Shown here in pieces: positions 40,181-51,826 of a stretch of 64,000 nt of DNA; positions within the stretch are counted from its first letter, which is position 1, and each line of letters opens with the position of its first letter. The stretch spans positions 30,194,001 through 30,258,000 of the forward strand of contig NC_043005.1 of NCBI RefSeq assembly GCF_006345805.1, read 5' to 3'. A program made the position numbers and the translations under genes. A model generated the notes under the pieces. The model was not told the DNA's origin. It saw nothing but the letters and a program-made list of their open reading frames with translations, and did no database searches. This DNA is from Octopus sinensis (lineage: Eukaryota).

Positions 40181-41163
40181 AGATTAAAGTGTTCTCTCAA
40201 TCCTATAATGTCTCAACTCATTCACTAACTTACTCTACAGAGTGTCCTGGGTGCATTTTATTGTGACACCAGTGAGACTGTCCTGTGTATGTATGTCTGA
40301 GTTTATGTTTATACCAATTCAAAAACTGGGTTTGTAGTTTATGTTGTATCCCTTTATGAACAGTAACGCAACAGTTCCAAAATTGAGAATGATAAAATAG
40401 AACTGACATAAGTGTTGGAACTGGTATGACTGCCCAAAACCGTTGGCGGTGAACTAACTTGGCAGCAGTGGAAGAGAAGAACACAAGACAACCTCACTTG
40501 GATATATAGGAAATACATGACCCGCATCACACACTTTGGTCGATGAGAACAGGTCATCAACTGATGACCAACTAAAGAAATGTGAGCAACAATCTAACCA
40601 AACATACAGTCTGAAGTCTGTAATATGAAAGGAAGACTGCTGTAGATGAAAGACTGAATCAAAGAAGAGAGTAGAAAGATTCCAGGCAATGGAAGTCCTA
40701 AGCAGGCTGAACTTTGAAGAAGAAAATCTATGTTGTTGGTATTCATTCATGCTTGATATTTCAAGATATTTCTGTCCCTGGTATTCGATAACAGTCTCAT
40801 TATCTAGGGTGTTGACAGCAACAGTAGATTTGATGTATCTGGTAACACTTCAGATAAACATATACAAATTTGCCCAACTGAAGCATAACGAGAGAGGTTA
40901 GTGATTTGGAAGAAGTTTAGACCCAGCTTTTTATTTTATATTTTCCTTCTTTCTGAAGAGGATAGGAAAAACTGCGACAAACAGTTGTTAAAAGAACCAC
41001 CTTTGTAGTTAACAATCACTATTGTGATGGCCTTCTCGCCAGACAGACCCAGCTAAAGTAAACGTTTCAAATACTACACACAGCAAGTCTGTACACGACA
41101 GAATAACCCACTCCCAACCAAACAGAAAATGGCCGAGTAGTGGTCGTAGATAACCTGATACTA

Positions 41164-41176
41164 GTTACCTAGCAAC
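41164..41176. promoter_or_regulatory. RFX X-box-like motif GTTACCTAGCAAC, with YY1-like AAAATGGCCG about 35 bp to the left
   Basis: Motif match in CpG-retaining DNA that matches none of the repeat families recognised in this window, in intron 1. Confidence 0.35.
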
Positions 41177-41688
41177 TTGAAGTTGTTAATGATTAAAGAT
41201 GATAAAAGCTGGAGTTCTCTCTGATCTTTGGTTGGATGTTCTCCACTAGAGGGCACTGGTTAGTATTCACGTTAGGAAGCATACATGTGAACACTACTGG
41301 ATCACCTACAAGTCGTGGACAAACAGGAACTAAAAGCTTAAGGGATTGGACAAGTCTATTCTATTTTAATGGGACCGATAGCTGCTTGAGTAAGTTGTAT
41401 GGGGGAGATTCGTAGCAGTTGGTGTTTTATTTGTAAGTGATGTGTTCTATAAAGTTGTAAAGCAGTAAACGAAAATTAAGATCACTAAACATTAAGATAC
41501 ATATCACTTGAACTGTTACAGATTAACGTAGATGACTTTAGGGGGTAATGTCACGAACAAAAACAGGTTGAAAAACACCGGATTAGGATGAACATTATAT
41601 TTTAAAATATCTATTTCTAGCCAACTTTACAGGTAGTTTCCAACACAAAATGCGTACGCTACAACACATCACCTTCCAACCGCCTCCC

Positions 41689-41737
<49 letters not shown>

Positions 41738-41795
41738 CAGTTCGTCTGAGATGAAGAATGATCCTAGTTAAACAACAATTTAATCAATCCATTAC

Positions 41796-41808
41796 CATCG
41801 TAAATAGA
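41796..41808 (-). CDS. USP46: Putative alternative start exon ending in ATG|gtaatg (13-nt micro-exon, or 3' end of an alternative first exon)
   Basis: ctttctcttctcAG-TCTATTTACGATG-GTAATG; A at -3 and G at +4 after splicing; gives [10 protein letters not shown]. Confidence 0.45.
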
Positions 41809-42569
41809 CTGAGAAGAGAAAGTTTTCCAGACAATTTAGTGAACAAATGATAGGAGATAAAATGAATTGACTATAGTTTAACAAAATGTTCAGTGGAGAA
41901 ATATAGAAAGAAACGTAGAGAAGATATCGATTATATAGCTGACAAAAACAGCAAGCTGAATAGTATTTTTCGTACGGAATCATAACAGCAAAGGCAATTA
42001 ACAGCCGGTTAACTAGAGATACATGTAGACTGTCTCTAGAGACAGCTATTTCATAGGAAACATTAAAAATTTACCTCTAATCAAATGAAAACAATAACAA
42101 AAAGCAGTTAAAATTAAAAAATAAACAAGACTAAATAATAAATCAGCCGTTAATTGTGTCAGTTAAAGTGGTTATTGTTGAAATTTGTAAAGCGATCGAG
42201 TTGCTTTTTAAACAGCTTCATTACATATTTGAATTTGTAAATAGTTACATTTGATCAGAATGAAAATCTATGATGTGACGACGACCAGACATGAAGTGGT
42301 GTTGAGAGTTGTTTTTGATATATACAAAACGCATTTTAATGTACAACACATTGATGTCGCGCTTTAACTTCGATATAATTCAGAAATACATAAGCAAGGA
42401 GAAAACAATTGACGGACTTTTTTTCTCTCTTTTTTTTTTTTTTTTTAATAACAAGTGGATTGTCGGTCGTACGTTCGACTCGGTAAAAAGACTAGGTGAC
42501 TATGTGCGCGCGTGTGTGAGTATAAACACACACACGTACGTACAATTTATATATATATATATATATTAT

Positions 42570-42614
<45 letters not shown>

Positions 42615-43935
42615 CTAGAGCTGAACAAGATATATATATATGATTAGAGCTGAACAAGTTGTTTTGAAAATAAAGTAAAAAGGAGTGGAAGGTGGTGGCG
42701 AGTGGTTGGTCATTATTAATATACATATTTATATCACGAACTGGTCAACAACAGCGTAGAGATGTATTTGAAGAAAAGTCCTAACCTAGTTGTCTTAACA
42801 GAGAGGGAAAGAGAGGGGCGGCGGGGGACGGTTTTATATAATCAAGTGGGGGATTAAAATACATAGTGACAAGCAGGTAGAAATGTGGAGGTAAGCAGCA
42901 AAAATGTCATAGGTGTGTGTTGAAGAGTGTAACAGTAGCACTAAGCAAATGTATTGGTGCGTGTATACATTCATATCAACCATTGTCAAATTGCATTATT
43001 GTCAAGAGAGAATATAGATCACAAGATGACCATTAACGACGTTGTTTCTGGTGAGCATTCGTCATTATTGTTATTATTAATCAAAATCACCAGGGTGGGG
43101 GCGGAAAATATTTTCGCAGATAGACATATATATATATATATATATATATTTATGACAATAAAACAAACCGTCGGAATGGAAAGAAGAAAACAAAAGGTTG
43201 TTAATGTATAAACATTAGTGTCCAATTAACTCGAAAATGGATGCAACAGTGGCGAGTGGGAGGTGGGAGTGGGGGGTAGAAGAAGCCGGACTGGAAACGA
43301 CAAGACGTTAATAGCAAGATCACTAAATCGGGAAATAAACAAACTGGGGGAATGAATGTGTCTGTGTGTGTGTGTGTGTGTGAAAGATAGTGTGTGTATG
43401 TGTGTTTGTGTACGTATATGCATGCATATTTGCGTGTGCATAAGGTAGAGGAGATCTAGCAATGCCTACTAAAATGGGCGGGATTAACAGGACCAAACAG
43501 AGATTATGTCAACAACAGCTATAACACACACTTTACAGTGGATGTAGATATTAGAAGAGAGTCGAGGAGAAAATAAGATGGGAAAATAACGACAGAAACA
43601 GTTGCGTGTATACATCTGTGGCATCGATGCAAACATCTGTATTCATACATTCATATATACATACATATATATATATATGCACACATACACACACACACAT
43701 GAACTCAAGATGATTATTAAAATCTCGATCTCTCACAAGATTCTTTGAGAAACGTGAGGAGATAAAACGAAAAGGAAAAGAAGAAAACGTCAATATTGTC
43801 TTCCGACAACGTCAGTCGGTGGTGCCAATGAGAAAAGACAGAGTGTATATTCAGAGACAGACCTATACACACACACACATAAAGATATATGTATGCATGA
43901 ATGTATAGACATGTAAAGAGAGATAGATAACTTAC

Positions 43936-43971
43936 AGTATTCCAGAGACAGCTGAGAAACGGAACGGACAT
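43936..43971 (-). CDS. USP46: Putative coding part of first exon (MSVPFLSCLWNT)
   Basis: ATG at 43971, 12 codons, phase-0 GTAAGT donor at 43935; as recalled, vertebrate USP46 exon 1 also encodes 12 residues (MTVRNIASICNM) before this junction. Confidence 0.55.
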
Positions 43972-44200
43972 AACGTGGAGAGAAGTAGGGAAAAGGTAGT
44001 AGCGGTGAGAGAAGAGATTGTCGAGGTAGTGGCGGTAGTGGTTGTAGGAGGAAGAGGAGGAGAGAAGAAGTAGAGTTGCGTACACGAGAGAAAAGACCAC
44101 TTGGACATAGAGAGGGGGGAAGGGGAGAGAGTTCGACTGGTAGAACTAGCATACTGTCAGTGTGTCACACTGTGTATGCATATGTGTGCTTGCATATAAC
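43972..44200 (-). promoter_or_regulatory. Probable 5'UTR/TSS region of the USP12/46 gene
   Basis: Pyrimidine-rich minus strand and more retained CpGs than the flanks (41900-44600), directly upstream of a strong donor; TSS not directly observable. Confidence 0.45.
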
Positions 44201-44338
44201 ATATATGTGGACAGATAAATGATAGATGTGTACACACACATATATACACATGCATATGAGTGTGTGTGTACACATATATGTTTATGTATATGTGCCACAC
44301 TAGTATGTGTGTATATATATACACACACACACGTTACG

Positions 44339-44380
<42 letters not shown>

Positions 44381-44526
44381 TGTCAGACTGTAGTGTAATA
44401 AATATAGTTCAAAATGCAATTAAATTTATGCCGTGTGTCTGTGTGTCTGTGACTATTTATAAGGGTTGGATACTGACAGACGATTACGTGTTTGTGTGTA
44501 TATTAACGTGCGTGCAATATCTTTAC

Positions 44527-44603
44527 GCTGAGATGACCGTAACGGAGGTGATACACACCTGGTGAAAGGAGTGCATGATTCACGTTCGAATCCTGGTCGT
44601 AGC
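44527..44603 (+). pseudogene. Decayed tRNA-Ser-like sequence or SINE head, divergent from the USP12/46 promoter
   Basis: GCTGAGATGACC...GTTCGAATCCTGGTCGTAGC; 6/7 acceptor pairs, poor D and anticodon arms. Confidence 0.35.
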
Positions 44604-46059
44604 TACTTTACACTTACCCCATGGATACACTGGAGAAATCAATAGCACTTGTCTTTCGTTAATGTAAACCTATGATCATGAAATGTTATGCAGTTAATTA
44701 TGTATAAAGTTCACATAAGCATATATACTTACGTGTGCGCGAGTATATGTATATACATATATATATATGTGAATGTGTATAATATATATATATACACACA
44801 CACACATTATACAATGCATATATATACATTTTATATATATATGATATGTAATATATATGTGTGTGTGTGTGTGTAAATACATCTATATATAATATATATT
44901 TACGCGCGCGCGCACAGATACACATTCACAAACACACACATATATATAAACGTATATATCCTCATCGTCATCAATTGTACATGTGGCCTTCTCTGCTGGC
45001 ATGGGTTGGGCAGTTTGTCACGGCCTGAGTCACCCCTTATTGTGAGCTGTTGTTTCTCTAGACTGGTACTCCTACATGGCTTTTGATTTGGTTTCTACAG
45101 CTAGATACCCTTCCTATCGCCGGCCAATAAGCAGAGAGGTTGGATAAAGAAACTTCAGAACCTTACATGCTCTACACTCCATTGCCGACCATTTAATAAC
45201 AGTATTAAATGTACTGAGCACATGTTGTGGGTGCCAGCATTAGAGAGGTTGTCCTCACTCACCTCTTGAAGGAGAGCAATCTGTCTCTTTACCATTGTAG
45301 CACCACTTCGGGGGGGGGGGCGACTTGCACACAGGATAACATAGAAAGTATTCAGTGAGTTAAAGACATGCAGACCAAGGGGGAGACAAAGATTGTGTGG
45401 GGAGAGCAATACTAGCAGAAAGTGGGGGTGGAGCAGCTGTGTAAGTGCTGAGAGTACTCAATAACCTGGGGCATGTGCATTTGCTGCTTGAGTGACCAGA
45501 CATATTAGAAGAAAGAGAGTGAAAGAGAGCAATGATATCAGAAAGACTATGGAAGTTGGGCGAAAGGAGCAGTAATATGATGTAGGTGACAAGATAATTT
45601 GTGGTGGGGTTGGGTAGGGAATGACATTAACTGAGAGGCCAAAGGTATGGATGGGTGGTAATAGAAATGACCCTAGAGAGTGATGGCTGGTAAATCAGAA
45701 GGGCAAAAGAAGCCAAACAGATGCACTAGAATGAAGGAATTACAGAACTTAGAGAATGGTTTAATGAAGTCTTTGATATACAGGACTAGGGAAAATGAAA
45801 AGGTGGACCAATGCTGTTTCTTATACACAGGCCCAGTGAAAGGAGAGGGTGAACCAATGCAGTCTCCAATATTTAGGCCTAGTAAAGGGTGAAGGAGTCA
45901 GAGTGATGAGGATGATGCAGTCAGTACTGGTGGTAGGAAGATGAGAGGTAGGAAATAGAGTGTTATGTGGAGAAAGAGAGAAATTGGTTTAAAAGAGGAG
46001 CAGGGGTGAGCAATAGAGTGATGTGAGTAGAGGGAAACAGCAAGATGTACAATGTACAC

Positions 46060-46560
46060 TTGGTGGAGCACAAATTCTCTCAATTTCTAAACACTATTTT
46101 TGTGTTTGCTTTCTGCAATACTACAAATTGCAAAACAATACAGTCCTTTGTCCTCTCCTCCACAAATGGCAGCATCTTCAGATCAGCCTTAACTGCTTCA
46201 TCCCAAGTTGTCCTTGGTCTCAGCCTTCCACAAGTTCCATTGAATTCCTGGCACCTCTTCATGCAACTATCATCATTCATATGTACCCCATGCCCATATT
46301 AATACAGTCTTCTCTTTTGCACACAGCACTGATTCTTCTGATGCCCAGTTTTTCTCGCAGTACACTTGCACTCTGGACTTCACGCACATTTACAATGCAC
46401 ATCCAGCAGAGCATGCTTGTTTCATTTCCTTCCAGCCTCTTTGCAACGTTTTCTACATTCAAGGCCCATGTTTCACTTCTATGCAGCACTGCAGTTCAAA
46501 TGCAAGTGCCACACAATCTACCCTTCACATTGAAGGAGAGAAACCATTGTTGTGAATGGC
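46060..46560 (-). mobile_element. Degraded RTE LINE RT fragment
   Basis: MLHRSETWALNVE..RLEGNETSMLCWMC; GTCGRLRPRTTWDEAVKADL. Confidence 0.85.
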
Positions 46561-47216
46561 AATAGTAGTTACATAATGTTAATGACTTGCAGGAAAGTCG
46601 TTAATATGGAAAATCTGTAGAGATGACCTTAACAAGTTACATAACAGTTACATAAACATATATGTAAACACAGAGATATATATACATGCAAAAGATATGT
46701 GTATATGCATGTATGACTGCTGATCACTTAAAGTAAAGAGAAGTTGTGGAAGGGAAACATGGGATGACGTTTTGGGGGCTGATCTCAAAATGTTGAATCT
46801 TACGAAAGGGATGACAGAGGACTGAGATATGTGGTATATTGTTGTACTCAAGAAGAGCTGCCCACCACAACAAAATTGAGATTCTAAAACCAAGGTGCCA
46901 CGTAAAAAGCACTGGTGTGGGTACTGGTGTCACTTAAAAAAAACACCTGTGATGGTGCTACATAAAAAGCACCTAGTACACTCTGTGGTGTGGTTGGTGT
47001 AAAGAAGGGCATCCAGCCATAGAAACCAAGCCAAATTGGACTATGGAACCTGATGCAGCCCCTGGCCTTACCAGTTCCTGTCAAGCCATCCAACCCATAC
47101 CAGCATGGAAAACAGACATTAAATTATGACAATGATGATGATTATATATATATATGTGTGTGTAGTAAGGCTTCAACAAGTTGAATAGCAGTTGATCAGC
47201 TAAGAGAGTAAAGATG

Positions 47217-47472
47217 ATGTTATGATAAAACCCACAATTCTTGTTAAATACAGCTACCCAGGGTTTCCTGGTTGAAACAACGATTTCTTTTGCCATTTTT
47301 CAAGCTGATAACAAGGCCATTTGTCAATTGCTTTTTAAAGCAGATGACATTTAAAAAGGAACTGACAGATAATCTTGTCATCAGCTTGAAAATAGTGGAA
47401 TAAATTATTGTTTTGACCAGGAAACTCTGGGTAGTTGTACTTAACAAGAATTGTTGGTTTTACTATGACATT
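47217..47472. repeat. Imperfect palindrome with about 120-bp arms
   Basis: Direct reading. Confidence 0.85.
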
Positions 47473-47548
47473 ATGTATATATATCGTTATACATTTAATG
47501 AGAGGATATGTTAACCATTTTCTTTTCTTCTTTTAACTGGATATAAAC

Positions 47549-47588
<40 letters not shown>

Positions 47589-49899
47589 TATCATCATCAT
47601 CAATTTTACATTTACTTTTCATGTTGGCATGGATCAGATGGAGTTCAATGAGGCAGATATTCTATGACTGGATTCACTTGCTGTCGCCACTCTCACTGGT
47701 TTCTAAGCAAGGTAATATTTCTTCAAGCCCAGACATATTTGTACAAAGAAGGAAATAAACAACTCTGCTTGTATGATGCTGACACTTTCAACTATAGTGT
47801 AATGCAAAGACATGGACATGCACTCATACAAATTCAACATGCTTCATTCACTTTCCTTCAATTAAAATCCACTCATGAGGCTTTGGTTTGCCTGGAGCTA
47901 TAGAAGACACTTGCTCAAGGATTGGATGATTCAACAGGGTCCAGTACACCAGAGGACTGCATTGAGCCCCAACGTCTGTTTTTGGCAAGTTTTCTTTGGT
48001 TGGATGCCCTTCCTAACAACAACCACTTTACAGATTGTACTAGGTGCTTTAGCACTGTGCCTCCCCCGCCCCACATATATATATTCCAGGGGGCTCACTG
48101 CATCCTGTCAAACTATCCAACCCATGCCAAAAGCATAGGAAACATGGTAAATGATGATGATACATAAAACATACATATACACACACATACAAATATTCTA
48201 TAATTACAAACATAATTATAATTAGGGGTCAGCTACTTGCTTCACCACGCACTGAATTTAGAAATAGGAGTTAAAATTCCTTTTCTGCTACCATAAAGAT
48301 CTCCCAGATAGTAACACATTTTTACGTAGGCAAAAAGAAAAAATAATGAATCTACATGACTCAGATTAGCTACATACGCATTTCAGGATTAAAGTAAAGT
48401 TATATTTACTTACTTCTTTCACCCCTTCAGTGCAGCATTTCAAATATAAATTTGTGAGTGCTACGATTAAATATGTACGCGATTAAGTGCCATCACATAA
48501 CTGATATCCAACCAACACTTCCAAAAATATACAGCCGAATGTGAACACATATTTATCCTTAATATCAAGTGTATGTTACAAGCAATCTCGCAGAAACTGC
48601 AGTTTTTGATCAGGGAGTAAATTATAATTTCAATATTAATAATATTAATATACACACATATATGTATATCTAAACATATATATTTACATCACATTTGATT
48701 TTTTTCAAATCCCTTTTCTCTTTTCTAGCATGGGTTAGATTTATTGAGGCATTGTTTTGTAGCCAGATGCCCTTCCTGTCACTAATTCTTACTTGTTTTC
48801 CAGGTAAGGGGTATCTAATTCAACATATATTCATAGGCACCCCTCTTAACACATCAAACCCCAAACAATGTCAGTAGATCACTAGACACTGTTTCAGTGA
48901 GATTCCACCTCCTCAGTGATATCATGTCAGTCATTTGCAGCTAGGCAGGGAGTTCTGTTGCAATACAGAAACAGCAAACAAAATATTTGCTGGTATGTAC
49001 TGAATAAATAGTAATTGTGGTTGAGAAGCTTTGCTCAGGTTCAATCCTATAGTATGGCACCTTGGGAATATGTTTTCTACTATATAGCCCAGAGTTGATC
49101 AAAGCACTGAGTGCATTTGGCAGACGGAAACTGAAAGAAGCCTAATATCCTTTACAAAACAAACTAAAATTGATCTATAATACTGTATACATTAATTAGT
49201 ATTTATGTCCATTTCTGTGTGAGTATGTATACTGTGTATGTCTCTTTGTTTTGACATAATGTGATTGTTGTGAATAAATGTCATTCATTTCCAATATTCT
49301 GTAGAAACATGTCTGGCCATGGGGAAATATTACCTTGCATGGAAACAGGTGAGATTTTAAGTTATGAAGTGATCATTACTAATGCTGGTATCACAAAAAA
49401 ATGCAACCAGTTCAGTCTGTAAAGTGGTTGCTTTAAGAAAGTCATCCCACTGTAGAAACTATGCCAAAGTAGACATTGGTGCATGATGTACTCCTTCAGC
49501 TTGTCAAATGCTGTCAAACCATCCAACTCATGCTGGCATGGGAACAGGACATTAATTGATGACGACGATGATGATCATGATCATGATGATAAAAGACAGC
49601 AATAATTGAATGACCAAATATGTTAATGGTCACTTCCAATTTCAATTTAATAATGAATTCTAATGATTGGCATATAATGTGAAAAATAATATATAGTAAA
49701 TTTCATACAACAATAAAATTTTAACACATAATTTTTAAGACAACAAATTGTTTGTCTTAGTCATTTAAGCAATGATGGCATGTATTGTACAGAAGTTTGT
49801 CACCATCTGGTGAGTCTATATATTTGTAGTGGCAATTGTGATATTGACTCTATATCAAATTTGGCAAGTGGCTATGATTGGCAAGTTGTCTATCAATTT

Positions 49900-50905
49900 T
49901 TGTGCAGTAAATATTCATGGAGCAAATGTTTGCTTGACAGGACAAGAAGAAAATAAAAAGGTTTTATTGTCCTTCCACTAACGAATGCTTTCCATGGCAT
50001 GTTTTCCAAATTTCTTGTCTGAACGTTTGAACCACATGCTCTGATTTGCTGTTTCAAACAAAGAAATTAGATTATATGAGATGTAGAACATCTACTGGGT
50101 GCCGATCTTTCCCATTCTATTAACTCTTAAAGTACTACTGTACTTTCTCTCTATTCTCTCCATCCTGTTATAAACTAAAGATCTTGATGAAATGCTTTTA
50201 CACCTGTTTACAAGTCATAAAATGTAACTATTGCATGAATGTGGATAAAACTTACTGGTATGATATAACGATTGTTGGTGTACATTGTGAATGTGATTTC
50301 TACCTCATGTCATGTCATTTTCATCTTGTCCAACTAGGCTGAATACAGGTAAATTGATTATACATAGATGTTTTTACATATATTTACAAGATATTGATTC
50401 CTATGCACAAGTTGTGTTTGGTCAACAATAGACCCAGAAAATCTCGTATCTGATTCTGATTCTGGTGCTACTTCCATTGACTCTTGTCTGTTTCAATTAA
50501 GTACACCATTTGACTGTCTTCATAATTGTGTCACAAAACCATTTAGTTTTGTTTCAAAAATCCCTCATGAATACTGATCATTCAATATGAAATTTATAGG
50601 AACCTTTTGTCTGTGCATCCTCCATTAGATTATAGTTTGGCAGTGATAATAATGACCAGGCTGTTGATCAGGCAACACTTCTGCTTGCAGTTTTCCAACT
50701 GTCATTCCACCAAAGAATGCTTTCCATGGCAGGTTTAACAAATTCCTTTTGTGAATGTTTGAACAAAGTGCTCTGATGTGAAATGTTGAATGTCCATCTA
50801 ACTGAAAATTTGTTGTTTAAATTGACTTCCACTGTTGGATCTAATTCTTTCAGACAGTCTTTTAATAGTGAAAATTTTACAGTGTATTGTTAAATGCTTC
50901 ATTAT
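49900..50905 (-). mobile_element. Gypsy integrase core continuation plus a second, internally deleted copy
   Basis: SERIRSNSGSQF (from SDNGxQF), EHFVQTF twice (about 50750 and 50010); 50200-50400 is homologous to 56150-56400. Confidence 0.7.
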
Positions 50906-50982
50906 TAGTTAGCTGTCTGGTTAATAAATACCCAAAAATTTTCCAGATTCCTGTCTTGTTTTGTGTGTGCGCGTGTGTGTGT

Positions 50983-51036
<54 letters not shown>

Positions 51037-51050
<14 letters not shown>

Positions 51051-51254
51051 AAATGAAGAAAATGCTGACAGATAATTGAAGTAATTTAAGTAATTTAATT
51101 AGGTGAAAGTTCTTTTTACCGGTTGCGCATTTGTTATGCTTATCAAAATAAGCATAACAAATGCGCAACCGGTAAAAAGAACTTTCACCTAATTAAATTA
51201 CTTAAATTACTTCAATTATCTGTCAGCATTTTCTTCATTTCCTTTTTTATATAT
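51037..51254. repeat. Perfect palindrome, about 107-bp arms, 4-nt loop (caaa)
   Basis: Arms are exact reverse complements. Confidence 0.95.
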
Positions 51255-51369
51255 CACCACTCGTGTTCGACATCTCCTTTTTTTAAATATATATATATAT
51301 ATATATATATCTATATATATATATATATATATATACATATATACATACATACATACATACATACATGGA

Positions 51370-51725
51370 AGTGCAATGACCCAGTGGTTAGGGCAGGAGA
51401 CCCGGAGTCATAGGATCGTGGTTTCGATTCCCAGACCGGACATTGGGCTTATTGAGCAAAAACACCTAAAGCTCCAGCAGCTATGGGGTGAACTCTGCTG
51501 TATTCTTTCACCACAACTTTCTCACTCTTTCTTTCTGTTTCTGTTCTACCTGTATTTCAAAGGGCCAGCCTTGTCACTCTCTGCATCACACTGAATCTCC
51601 ACGAGAACTACATTAAGGGTACACATGTCTGTGGCGTGCTCAGCTACTTACACGTTAATTTCACGAGTAGGCTGTTCCGTTGATCAGATCAACTAGAACC
51701 CTTGTCATCGTCACCGACAGAGTCC
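51370..51725 (+). mobile_element. tRNA-derived SINE family C
   Basis: tgacccagtggttag A box, ggtttcgattccc B box, distinct body. Confidence 0.7.
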
Positions 51726-51826
51726 CACGATATATGTATATACACACACACGCACATTTATGTATATAAGTATGAAGGTACGTACGTATGTATGTATGTA
51801 TATATGCATGTACGTATCTATTATGC

